Below are positions 30,201 through 38,273 of a stretch of DNA of 64,000 bases, one piece after another. This stretch comes from a virus. Lineage: Duplodnaviria; Caudoviricetes. Location: positions 1,893 to 65,892 of IMG/VR virus record IMGVR_UViG_3300017714_000004. One strand, given 5' to 3'. How positions within the stretch are numbered: position 1 is the stretch's first letter; each line of letters begins with the position of its first letter. The notes beneath the pieces are model-generated. The model made no database searches and was not told the origin of the DNA. It saw only the letters and a list, made by a program, of their open reading frames with translations. A program made the translations under genes and the position numbers.

Positions 30201-30562
30201 GTGGTTGGATCTGGGTTCTCAGAATCAGATGATACTACTACTTCCAGAACCTTGAATTCTAAACCAGATGCGCTGGTGAAAATCTCACCGACTGCATTGA
30301 AGTCCAAAGCACTACTACTGTCTAGGCGAATGTATTCAATACTAGTATCTACTGTCGCACCGCCTGGATTAATTAATGCGCCTTCCTTGAATAAGTTACG
30401 TCCAAATCGAGAAATCTCTTCGTGAAGGATTGTCTGAGATTCAATTAATTCTCTTGCCTGTAGTGCTCGTCCAGAATTAAACAATACACGATGATAACCA
30501 TCTTCAGCGTTGTAGAAATCGCGGTATGTTTCTTTGAACGTTTTGTTTGTAAAATCTGCCAT
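24296..30562 (-). CDS. Large virion structural protein, DUF4815-like (2088 aa)
   Basis: YHRVLFNSGRALQARELIESQ, APGADRYQI, RTKEESGNY, DPLAQTF, GSLFLSQNGFTW and DLRAIAL motifs of the cyanophage-type large baseplate/tail protein. Confidence 0.85.
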   Translation of the reverse strand: MADFTNKTFKETYRDFYNAEDGYHRVLFNSGRALQARELIESQTILHEEISRFGRNLFKEGALINPGGATVDTSIEYIRLDSSSALDFNAVGEIFTSASGLEFKVLEVVVSSDSENPDPTTLYVQYTDTINVADTKKSARVLKNEVLTCTIHNTIKQLSVADDGVIPSAGRGTKAYFASGDFFVEGHFVFMEGGSAFIDKYSHTPTDDIGFRIEQKVITVDDNEDLYDNQGDVPDATAPGADRYQIKLIPTTRSQVAVEENFVFIARVVEGNITREVNTFDSYNKINDLLAQRTKEESGNYVVEEFKSIFKDSENEDNLTLDVTKGIAYVDGYRLDIGQDEIEVPKSRGTVTFSNESVPATYGNYVYIDPTTTQGFGRLDYFGEVRLQNGSDFIGYANVRGVQQDSKGYRLYLFNIRMDAIRNNDGDKIGTENFSNVDSLYDSRTTNTIPLLDGDSTLYGTSENSLLFPLPKNSPKANTIESANFTVQSWKSVSSDSNGDLSLSGVEYPDWVIAQQDGPIAAVSTTDGSYTGLEPDTNYVVATYQSVSSGPRKKTRTSVTETFSLPNSDQEARPLFLSNPDVISITSVTHKNGEAETDITNQFILDGGQRDNFYDNGQANIKGGYKIPTGSNVQVEVEYEYFAHDNSGRYFACSSYQGEDYENIPNHTTSGGQVISLRDVLDFRPVRTPPDAEGNEFNITELPQNSSSVTIDQVKYYLPRIDILVANATDSRGSVGFGELQVIQGEPNINPREPEIPTGSLALYKFVLNPYTFSSSDLTSTFIPNKRFTMKDIGKLEQRVTDLFELTTLSLLESSTNSLVVLDENGNARTKAGFIADNFSSFTFSDIDNPEYRASIDSQGHLKPSFRENSIRLEYSPDNFATETSAKSGDVVTLPFLHENLVSQVLATSTMNINPFAVITQTGHLELSPSSDEWVETRTLPPIMQTTVRRFENFEADLWNNPTIRDRNFRLRSGNNLFTTMPRDVSFRETTRSIQDFIGEQVADIEIIPFMRSRRIKFSAKGLRPNTKVFAYFGGLPMEDWVRQESSESRFSDSPTEFGSEYANETEYPSALGGKSALQTDSKGEIVGSFFLPNTSDISFRTGTQEFKLLDVSENNENEALSTTRASYTSSGSIESVQRTVRSTRVIERVRGRRDPLAQTFYVDQIENPNGLYITRAHIYVETKDSVIPLQVQIRPVENGIPTSSIMPGGVKFINPDEIVLATNPETIEDVQGSPTVVEFDEPVYLTSGEEYCIVLLAESVEYNVYVAETYQNVFGSREDRITKQPTLGSLFLSQNGFTWTPDQTKDLMFKLDRAEFQTSGSVVLDNGMLPKTALESNPINTVLGSSIIQVTHEGHGFSDGNTVTISGASEVSGIPASALNASHEVLSPTWEGYSIQLATNQQASSSISGGGSAIVASQQVYFDQFVPQIQTLIPNSTSISSKVRKTNATSYGNSNGRTTAAFNMAIGNEETVFLNDFNSNQVPSVVASSDNSSSPTMKMILNMSTSDTKVSPLIDLQRTSALTLENVIDTDDAAQHITIPVVIDESSLGLKIIFAANRPAGADFDVYVKTAVDEDTLETEPLWVEALADNSMPSDDNPSTFRDYEYTINTDQFSVFQVKIVMQSNNSSKSPVIRDLRAIALITGGTAGTNTSNNDDTSGGGGNDDTSGGGNDDTSGGGSGEDNDDTGTSLSAVAFPEISQLPTSVSITGAPRILSQYNPESDTNNYMTPDEYWHQGTRRVRLFAKFDNNGDFQLYTNDPKKGSVNVGDDSLTGSTILATGKWLDRPVEVGEIFECGFRITHVDDVALPVYSGAFATQATPRAELRNVGTGADIGYQEVISVDVGELDSSGNMITWGGHGLVIDEHNNSLDNGAPWTVDSLHLDPEVAITGTVRIEIFISPDNSLDNGTTLTGTTSIPLDVSYTLEGAPLVDDSLESQLVLLNADDGFVYDQDPILTYYSLDSTKPKNFHDGATVPDQVLTVDANSSVDFHMMWGSEQDSTINVTFGLAWTNSGTTVTLNRGDFASFTVANVPQGTDATVTATSTLRGSTFSREVKMIVGEGFTSTPGDGDTPGGGGDGGDEGDPQQN
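25528..25602. repeat. Three tandem copies of CCACCACCGGACGTGTCATCATTA (NDDTSGGG linker)
   Basis: Direct repeats visible in both DNA and protein. Confidence 0.85.
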
Positions 30563-30570
30563 GATTAATC

Positions 30571-31962
30571 CTAAACGGTGATTACTATCTTAATGTCTTC
30601 TTGTTGTTCTGGGTCACGTCGAATTCTGTGACGACTCTCAATGTACATGACATTTCCGGAGAATCTGTCTATACCATTGACCAGAGATATGCTTTCGATA
30701 TCCCCTGTAAGCACTATTCCTGCTTGGACTAATGCCTCACCCACTTGGAATGGTTTGAATCCTGTAGATTCATTTTGATGATAGAATACTTCTTTGTCTA
30801 CCGACTGATTAACATATGCCTTGGCACCAGATATAGAGCCAGTGACTACCTTACCTGATTCAAACGGTGAGCTATTCACTAAAGTAATAGAAGGTAGGGT
30901 CTTGATAGATGCTCCAACGAAAGGAGTACCGTCTGGTTGAAGAGGGTTTTTAATCAGACCCATCTGTCGGAATGTATTGAATGTAATAAAAGTACCGCCA
31001 ACGTCACCATCTGGTTTGATGTTTGTCATAACTGAACTTGTTTTCAAATCATCTATTGGATCGAATCCCAGTCCTGCTTGACTAGTCACTACTGCACGAG
31101 CAGTACTCGTAGTTACACCACCAATGATTTCAAAAGATGCGTGAGTGTATCCACTACCATAACTAGTCATTTTGATTTTAGTTATTGCACCAGTATTTGG
31201 ATCTATCTCTGCCACTGCGACAGCGCCAGTACCGTCACCGTGAATATTAATAGTAGGGACATTAGTATGTCCAGTCCCTGCATCAATAATAGTTGCACGT
31301 AGTATCTGTCCACCAATGGCTTCATCTCTGACTGTAGTTTGCAAGTCTTCGATGGAGTCGCCTGTAGGTAGATCAATCTCTGCCTTCTGTACTGGGATAT
31401 GATTTGACGATAGGTACTGATAGATATTTTCTGGTCTTAAAGAGAATGAATATTTCCAAATATAACCGTCAGCAGTTTCGAATGGTTTCCACCACTCGCG
31501 AACGTTAAACATCGGTGCGTTAGGATCAGTCTCTGGACTCATAGGTGCATGTAGTCCCCAGTTAGGTTCTATGATAGACTGCTTCTTAGTACCGTCGATA
31601 TTCAAACCAGTTTCTAAACATATGTAAACTTCTTTGGCGTCATTCATGACATACCAAGGAGTCCAAGGTTCTACGATATCGGATGAGGTAGTATCGTCCC
31701 AACCAGTGTATTCTGAACCAGATGACCAGTTAACCCTTTTAGCTACAAAGGTAGAACCTTCAATCTTTTTGATTGACTGTAGTGCATTTCGAAACTCTCT
31801 CTCATCAAAAGGGCAGTCGACTGGTGGGACTACTGTATCTTGTTCATTGAAAGTATCTGACTTTGAGATACCAATGTAGTATTCATTGTCGGTGTTAGCG
31901 ATATCTAATAAAAGATCTCTAGCTAACTTACGACTAAGTGTTTGTCTTACTATTGCTGGCAT
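30571..31962 (-). CDS. 8: Baseplate wedge protein gp8
   Basis: RVNWSSG...YVMNDAKEVYICL...TADGYIWKY...FRQMGLIKNP...SGNVMYIESR...QEDIKIVI. Confidence 0.9.
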   Translation of the reverse strand: MPAIVRQTLSRKLARDLLLDIANTDNEYYIGISKSDTFNEQDTVVPPVDCPFDEREFRNALQSIKKIEGSTFVAKRVNWSSGSEYTGWDDTTSSDIVEPWTPWYVMNDAKEVYICLETGLNIDGTKKQSIIEPNWGLHAPMSPETDPNAPMFNVREWWKPFETADGYIWKYSFSLRPENIYQYLSSNHIPVQKAEIDLPTGDSIEDLQTTVRDEAIGGQILRATIIDAGTGHTNVPTINIHGDGTGAVAVAEIDPNTGAITKIKMTSYGSGYTHASFEIIGGVTTSTARAVVTSQAGLGFDPIDDLKTSSVMTNIKPDGDVGGTFITFNTFRQMGLIKNPLQPDGTPFVGASIKTLPSITLVNSSPFESGKVVTGSISGAKAYVNQSVDKEVFYHQNESTGFKPFQVGEALVQAGIVLTGDIESISLVNGIDRFSGNVMYIESRHRIRRDPEQQEDIKIVITV

Positions 31963-31998
31963 TGTTTTTTCCCACGCATGTTAGAAATATTCTTCTTA

Positions 31999-32006
31999 TA
32001 TTTATA
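31999..32006 (-). promoter_or_regulatory. T4-type late promoter
   Basis: TATTTATA on +, upstream of gp8. Confidence 0.8.
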
Positions 32007-32012
32007 ACGATT

Positions 32013-32891
32013 TTATGACTCGTTTATAAATTTGTTTATCCAAGTCTGCTTTTGGTGCTGATTCATTAACAAATCTTTGTATATAACTGGTAATTCGTAT
32101 GGACTGCTTCTCCATTGAGGAACATGTTTGAGTGCTTCATCACGCATAGGTTGCAAGTAATCCTCATAGCTATGTACCTTCTGAGCACTACCTTCGGTAG
32201 TTCTGTCAATACAATACAAATCACTTGACATGGTTAAGAAGTAACAGATGTTTCCCTTCTGGTGTTCTGCTAATAACTTGTAGGTGTATGCGTGATCTTC
32301 TCCGTTACCAATATCTTCGTTCATTTTTATTTGTGCAGACTTACGACTCTGCAACATAATGAAGTCAACTGACACTGGACGCTCATCAATAAACAGATGA
32401 CTTTCTTGAGGACCGACGTTTTGAGTCACGGCACACATAGAGGTACCCCATACACTGGCGTGGTAGTTATCATTAACCCACCAGTAATGTCCTTGCTCTA
32501 GTGGAAAGTTACATAAACAATCACATGGTACCACACCTAGAACATCAATGCAAGGATAATGCTTATAATGATTCCACAGCGACTGTAAGTACGACGGATA
32601 TAAAAAATCATCTCCATCGATCTGAGATACAAAATCACAGTCACTTTCTAGAAATACATCTAGACATGCATTTTTACCACGGCCTGGTTTACCATTACTT
32701 TCCGTATTGACTACACGGAATGGTAGATTAAGTGCGCATACATCTTCATAGTATCCTTCATGAATACTATTTACAACGATCACCACTTCCCATTCTATTG
32801 GGCTTATCTTTATTACATTATTAACCGACTTAACAAGTCTCGCCAACTTCGGAACATCATTCGAGGTCAGCAACGTTGTCATCAATTTCAT
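32013..32891 (-). CDS. GT2-like glycosyltransferase (292 aa)
   Basis: EVVIVVN...SNGKPGRGKNACL...QIDGDDFLYP (DxD) and a GED motif. Confidence 0.82.
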   Translation of the reverse strand: MKLMTTLLTSNDVPKLARLVKSVNNVIKISPIEWEVVIVVNSIHEGYYEDVCALNLPFRVVNTESNGKPGRGKNACLDVFLESDCDFVSQIDGDDFLYPSYLQSLWNHYKHYPCIDVLGVVPCDCLCNFPLEQGHYWWVNDNYHASVWGTSMCAVTQNVGPQESHLFIDERPVSVDFIMLQSRKSAQIKMNEDIGNGEDHAYTYKLLAEHQKGNICYFLTMSSDLYCIDRTTEGSAQKVHSYEDYLQPMRDEALKHVPQWRSSPYELPVIYKDLLMNQHQKQTWINKFINES

Positions 32892-33445
32892 TATTCTGCT
32901 CCGAAGAAGAACGTCTGAAATAATCTACCGTCGTATTGATTTGTACCAAAGCCAGGAACTACACTTCTATGATAATACATTGCATCATATATTACAAGTC
33001 TATTGTATATATTTTTTGATTCTGCAACAATATCCCAGTCACCTTCAATCAACTGAAATTCATTGAAGTCGACTGGACAGGAATCTTCATGCTTCATGAT
33101 TCCCGTTGGTCTATGTTTATAGATTGCAGTGCCAGAGTCTAGAGGCGCATCTGGGGTGAGATATATTACCGCAGCGAACTGCATTCGATCGTGGTGAATC
33201 CACGTCTTGCAAGTTTCGGTAGTATATTGGAAGGAAGTGTTGTATTCATCTAATGGAAAGTAAGTTATAGTTTTACCTATAATATGTTCCATTGATGCTA
33301 TCATCGAATCGACGTAACCACCGTCATTAGTACATGGTGCTGTTCTTACGCCAGGATAGTTACCTGTCACATCAAAGGTTTGACTTAAAGCATAACCCCG
33401 AACTGAATCGGGGTCTGCATAGAAATTATCAATAATTGTAAACAT
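32891..33445 (-). CDS. 2OG-Fe(II) oxygenase (DUF6445/prolyl-hydroxylase-like, 184 aa)
   Basis: IIDNFYADPD...NYPGVRT...WIHHD (HxD)...AAVIYL...NRLVIY...YHRS...RLFQTFF. Confidence 0.8.
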   Translation of the reverse strand: MFTIIDNFYADPDSVRGYALSQTFDVTGNYPGVRTAPCTNDGGYVDSMIASMEHIIGKTITYFPLDEYNTSFQYTTETCKTWIHHDRMQFAAVIYLTPDAPLDSGTAIYKHRPTGIMKHEDSCPVDFNEFQLIEGDWDIVAESKNIYNRLVIYDAMYYHRSVVPGFGTNQYDGRLFQTFFFGAE

Positions 33446-33467
33446 AATATACCTGTGTTGTATGGGG

Positions 33468-36400
33468 TTATAATGCCCCTATCTTAACTCTTGGGAAGGT
33501 GTTGACAGCATCGAATATTGAAATATTGTCAGCTCCAAATTCCATCCTTGCACCACTTGTAGCTGTATTTAGAAGACCACTAAGATCTAAAAATCCTTGG
33601 TTATTGGTCAACTCATCAAAGGAAGAGTTAGTAGTAGTTTCTATTCTATCTACTGTGGCACGGAACACCCGTCCACTATTAATGTGCCAGTATACATCAC
33701 CAATGAAAACTGTATCAACAGTACGGAAAGACCTTATCTGTGAAGACGCTGTGGCGTTTACGTTAGAAGGGAATGTGGTGTTTGTATCAAATATTACTGC
33801 GTTACCAAATCCACCAACCGGACCTTGTCCACCTTGGGTACCGGCAACACCTTGTCCACCTTGGACACCAATTGGACCGTCTGGACCTTGTCCACCTTGC
33901 TCACCCTGAGAACCAGTTGCTCCGGCAGCACCAGTATTACCTTTGACACCTTGTGCGCCTGTGTCTCCTGTTGCACCTTTAGTTCCTTGTGCACCTTGGT
34001 CACCTGTGTTACCTTTGACACCTTGGGCACCTGTGTCTCCTGTTGCACCTTTATTTCCTTGAGCACCTTGGTCACCTGTGTTACCTTTGGTTCCTTGGGC
34101 GCCTTGGTCACCAGTATTACCTTTAGCTCCTTGTGCGCCTTGGTCACCAGTATTACCTTTAGCTCCTTGTGCACCTGTGTCTCCTGTTGCACCTTTAACA
34201 CCCTGATTACCAACTGGACCTTGTCCACCTTGAGGACCGTTATTACCCGTCTGACCTTTTATTCCCTGATTACCAATTGGACCCTGTTCTCCTTGTGGTC
34301 CATTATTACCAGTCTGTCCCTTGATACCTTGGTTGCCGACAGGACCTTGTCCACCCTGTGGTCCGTTATTACCTGTCTGACCTTTAATGCCCTGATTACC
34401 GACAGGACCTTGTTCACCTTGAGGACCATTGTTACCTGTTTGTCCTTTTATACCTTGGTTACCAACGGGTCCTTGTCCACCTTGAGGACCATTGTTACCA
34501 GTCTGTCCTTTGATGCCCTGATTACCAACCGGGCCCTGTTCACCCTGTGGTCCGTTGTCACCAGTTTGTCCTTTAACACCTTGGTTACCGACTTCACCTT
34601 GAGCGCCCTGTGGACCATTATTACCTGTCTGTCCTTTAACACCTTGGTTACCGACTTCACCTTGAGCACCCTGTGGTCCATTATTACCAGTTTGACCCTT
34701 GACACCTTGAGCACCAACTGGACCCTGTTCCCCTTGAGGACCATTGTCACCAGTTTGACCTTTAACACCTTGGTTACCAACTGGACCCTGACCGCCTTGA
34801 GGACCGTTATTACCCGTCTGACCTTTGATACCTTGGTTACCAACTGGACCTTGTTCACCTTGAGGACCATTGTTACCAACGGCACCTTGGAAACCAACTG
34901 CTCCCTGTGAACCTTGTTCACCCTGATTACCAACTAAACCTTGCGCTCCTTGGAAACCTACTGGACCCTGATTACCTTGTTCGCCTTGAGGTCCTACTAG
35001 ACCTTGTGCGCCATCAGCACCCTGAGCACCTTTCTCTCCATCAGCACCTTGTGGACCATTGTCACCAGTTTGTCCTTTAACACCTTGGTTACCAATTGGA
35101 CCCTGTTCCCCTTGAGGACCATTGTTACCAGTTTGACCTTGCTCACCCTGTGGTCCAGTATCTCCATCAGCACCTTGAGGTCCTACTAGACCTTGTGCAC
35201 CAGTTTCACCTTGTGCACCTTTTTCTCCGTCAGCACCTTGGGCACCAACCAGACCTTGAGCACCATCTGCTCCTTGTGGTCCAGTATCTCCGTCAGCACC
35301 TTGAGGTCCTACAAGACCTTGAGCACCAGTTTCACCTTGTGCACCTTTTTCTCCATCCGCACCTTGAGGACCAACATTACCAACTTGACCCTGTGGACCA
35401 GCGACACCTTGTGGACCGTCTGCTCCTTGTGGTCCAGTATCTCCATCTGCTCCTTGAGGACCGGCATCGCCTGGGTTACCTTGTGGACCCACTGGGCCTG
35501 GAGTTGTACCCGCTGGACCTTGAGGGCCTGGGTCTCCTTCAAGTCCTTGCGGACCTACTGGGCCTGGAGTAGTACCTGCTGGACCTTTAGGGCCTGGATC
35601 TCCTTGAAGTCCAGTACCACCCTGCGCTCCAGTTGCTCCGGCAGCACCTGTAGAACCTGTAGAACCTGTTACACCTGTTGCACCTAATGGGCCTGGGTTA
35701 CCCTGAAGTCCGGCAACACCTTGAGCACCAACATCACCAGTAGCACCTTTATCTCCAACATTACCCTGAAGTCCGGCAGCACCTTGAGCACCAACTGCAC
35801 CAGTAGCACCTTTATCTCCAACATTACCTTGAATTCCAGCAGCACCTTGTGCGCCAGCAGAACCTTGTGGTCCTAATTCACCGACATTACCTTGAATACC
35901 AATAGCACCTTGAGCACCATCTGCGCCTTGTGCACCAACTGCACCAGCATTGCCTTGCAAACCAGTAGCACCAGTTACACCAGTAGAACCAGTGGCACCT
36001 TGCTCTCCAGCATTACCTTGGAGACCACGGAAACCTTGAGAACCTTGTTCACCTTGAGGACCGACTTCACCTACATTACCTTGAATTCCAGCAGCACCTT
36101 GTGCGCCAGCAGAACCTTGTGGTCCTAATTCACCAACATTACCTTGGACCCCTTGTGGTCCAACTGCCCCTGCATTACCTTGTGGTCCGACTTCACCTAC
36201 ATTACCCTGTAGGCCTACATTACCCTGAACACCTTGTATACCTTGAGGTCCAGTCTCGCCAGGATTACCTTGGAGACCAATAGCACCCTGTGATCCAGTC
36301 TCTCCTTGAGGACCAGTTTCGCCTGGGTTACCTTGAAGACCAATAACACCCTGAGAACCCTGTTCTCCTTGTGCTCCAGTTTCGCCTGGGTTGCCTTGTA

Positions 36401-37301
36401 AACCAATTATTCCTTGCGGTCCAGCTTCACCTTGCGGACCAGTCTCGCCAGGATTACCCTGAAGACCAATAACACCCTGAGAACCTTGCTCCCCTTGTGG
36501 TCCAGTCTCGCCAGGATTTCCCTGAAGACCAATGATACCTTGAGCACCTTGTTCACCCTGTGGTCCAGTTTCGCCTGGGTTACCTTGGAGACCTATGATT
36601 CCCTGTGGACCTTGTTCACCCTGTGCTCCAGTTTCGCCTGGGTTACCCTGAAGTCCGATTATACCTTGTGGTCCGGTCTCTCCTTGAGGTCCAGTTTCGC
36701 CAGGATTACCCTGAAGACCAGTTTCACCTTGAGCACCAGTTTCACCTTGAGGACCAGTCTCGCCAGGATTACCTTGGAGACCAGTTATACCCTGCGGACC
36801 TTGATTTCCTTGAGGTCCGGTTTCGCCTGGGTTACCTTGAAGTCCAGTTATACCCTGTGGTCCGACTGCACCTTGTGGTCCTATTGGGCCTGGCGTAGTA
36901 CCTTGTGGTCCGACTTCACCTTGTGCACCTTGTGGACCAACTCCCCCCTGTAGACCGACTCCACCTTGTGGACCGAGTTCGCCTGGGTCTCCTTGAGGTC
37001 CCTTTTCACCAATGTCTGTGTTGTCAATGATTTCTTGGATGTTAGAAACTCGTGCATCCAAGTTAGTAATATCATTAGCATTATCGGTAATTTTGCTAGG
37101 GTCTACCCCATTAAGGGCTTCCAGAACTTCGGTATCGACCAGATTGCTGATAAATTCTGGAGTGATACCATCACCGCCACCAATATCAACCTGAGAGTAT
37201 AGTTCCTCAAAGTTTTGATTTATTTTTTCACTGGCTTCGCGGAGAGTGTCACCACTTCCGTCGTTCGCAGAACCGCCAGTATTTAGAATTTTTCTCGACA
37301 T
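33468..37301 (-). CDS. Collagen-like baseplate-anchored fibre (1277 aa)
   Basis: gp9/gp10-like N-terminus [27 protein letters not shown], about 1070 aa of Gly-X-Y and a C-terminal [13 protein letters not shown]...RVKIG. Confidence 0.9.
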   Translation of the reverse strand: MSRKILNTGGSANDGSGDTLREASEKINQNFEELYSQVDIGGGDGITPEFISNLVDTEVLEALNGVDPSKITDNANDITNLDARVSNIQEIIDNTDIGEKGPQGDPGELGPQGGVGLQGGVGPQGAQGEVGPQGTTPGPIGPQGAVGPQGITGLQGNPGETGPQGNQGPQGITGLQGNPGETGPQGETGAQGETGLQGNPGETGPQGETGPQGIIGLQGNPGETGAQGEQGPQGIIGLQGNPGETGPQGEQGAQGIIGLQGNPGETGPQGEQGSQGVIGLQGNPGETGPQGEAGPQGIIGLQGNPGETGAQGEQGSQGVIGLQGNPGETGPQGETGSQGAIGLQGNPGETGPQGIQGVQGNVGLQGNVGEVGPQGNAGAVGPQGVQGNVGELGPQGSAGAQGAAGIQGNVGEVGPQGEQGSQGFRGLQGNAGEQGATGSTGVTGATGLQGNAGAVGAQGADGAQGAIGIQGNVGELGPQGSAGAQGAAGIQGNVGDKGATGAVGAQGAAGLQGNVGDKGATGDVGAQGVAGLQGNPGPLGATGVTGSTGSTGAAGATGAQGGTGLQGDPGPKGPAGTTPGPVGPQGLEGDPGPQGPAGTTPGPVGPQGNPGDAGPQGADGDTGPQGADGPQGVAGPQGQVGNVGPQGADGEKGAQGETGAQGLVGPQGADGDTGPQGADGAQGLVGAQGADGEKGAQGETGAQGLVGPQGADGDTGPQGEQGQTGNNGPQGEQGPIGNQGVKGQTGDNGPQGADGEKGAQGADGAQGLVGPQGEQGNQGPVGFQGAQGLVGNQGEQGSQGAVGFQGAVGNNGPQGEQGPVGNQGIKGQTGNNGPQGGQGPVGNQGVKGQTGDNGPQGEQGPVGAQGVKGQTGNNGPQGAQGEVGNQGVKGQTGNNGPQGAQGEVGNQGVKGQTGDNGPQGEQGPVGNQGIKGQTGNNGPQGGQGPVGNQGIKGQTGNNGPQGEQGPVGNQGIKGQTGNNGPQGGQGPVGNQGIKGQTGNNGPQGEQGPIGNQGIKGQTGNNGPQGGQGPVGNQGVKGATGDTGAQGAKGNTGDQGAQGAKGNTGDQGAQGTKGNTGDQGAQGNKGATGDTGAQGVKGNTGDQGAQGTKGATGDTGAQGVKGNTGAAGATGSQGEQGGQGPDGPIGVQGGQGVAGTQGGQGPVGGFGNAVIFDTNTTFPSNVNATASSQIRSFRTVDTVFIGDVYWHINSGRVFRATVDRIETTTNSSFDELTNNQGFLDLSGLLNTATSGARMEFGADNISIFDAVNTFPRVKIGAL
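33798..37010 (-). repeat. Gly-X-Y collagen repeat (~357 triplets by span) with 18-aa super-repeats
   Basis: 9-nt periodic acc/tcc on +; blocks such as [18 protein letters not shown] and [21 protein letters not shown]. Confidence 0.95.
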
Positions 37302-37313
37302 TATAGGTTTCCG

Positions 37314-38273
37314 TTATGTGTGGTCTGATGCGTCTAGGGTTTCGTATTCTTGAGATAGGTCTAAACCTTCATCATCCAAAGTTGGTGGTCTTACGCCAGC
37401 CCAATCTGCGACTGTTACGAAATCATCAGCCAACTGTTGCAGAGATACATTTTCGTATCTGTCCAAAGTCTCTAGAGAACTTACAATGATACCTGAACCC
37501 TCATCCTTTTGTGCTTGTGTTCTAACATCTACTGCATCATTCTCTTCCATAGTAAGTAGAGAATAGGTAGGTTGTACATGTGTACCTAGTGCAGTTGCTT
37601 CAAGTAGTATAGCATAATTAGGAATTTCTAATGGGTCTACGGTTAATCCTGCCTTTAAATCAACACTTGCAACTGATTGTGTTTCTGTTTCGGCAGCAAG
37701 GTAGAACCCAGCTGGGTGTATCAACTTAGTATATAGTGTTTCATAATCACTCAAGGACATACCTGTTTTCAAAAGAACTGAAAATATCTGGTATTTCTTA
37801 TCGTCCTGTATATACCTCAATGACTGAGGTCCAATTAATGAACCGCCAGGCTTGTCATTTAATATGAAGATGTTTTTCTTAGGATAACTTATTTCTACAT
37901 CTTCACCATAAAATGCTTTAAAAAACTGTTCGGTTGAGATACCTGTACCCTTAGCGCGGTAAAGGTCAACAAGAAGTCTTGCCATCAACCGTGGACTCTG
38001 ATAGAATGATGACGTTTCTAGTCCGTCACTTATCTCTCCTATCAGTTGATCCAAATAACTTAATTCGGTGCTAGAGATACTTCTCACATCAAACAAGTTA
38101 TGAATTTTTTGGGTTATAGAAGTATTACCTTCCTCTCCAGTGCTCTCGTAGTACTTCTCTATAAACGAAATTAGTTTAGGATATTCATCTACGAAAAACT
38201 CCGGCAATACCTGAGATACCTGACTCTGGTAGAACTTGGGAGCACTTCTGTATTGTCTGGATATGTTAGACAT
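37314..38273 (-). CDS. 7: Baseplate wedge protein, short gp7-like (319 aa)
   Basis: LPEFFVDEYPKLISFIEKYY...LYRAKGT...FFKAFYGE...YQIFS...LIHPAGF; lies between gp6 and gp8. Confidence 0.7.
   Translation of the reverse strand: MSNISRQYRSAPKFYQSQVSQVLPEFFVDEYPKLISFIEKYYESTGEEGNTSITQKIHNLFDVRSISSTELSYLDQLIGEISDGLETSSFYQSPRLMARLLVDLYRAKGTGISTEQFFKAFYGEDVEISYPKKNIFILNDKPGGSLIGPQSLRYIQDDKKYQIFSVLLKTGMSLSDYETLYTKLIHPAGFYLAAETETQSVASVDLKAGLTVDPLEIPNYAILLEATALGTHVQPTYSLLTMEENDAVDVRTQAQKDEGSGIIVSSLETLDRYENVSLQQLADDFVTVADWAGVRPPTLDDEGLDLSQEYETLDASDHT

Noticed and set aside
33825-34910. 361-aa plus-strand ORF and other ORFs overlapping the collagen gene
   Set aside because: These are antisense or alternative-frame shadows of Gly-X-Y codon periodicity, with no RBS or protein-like composition.
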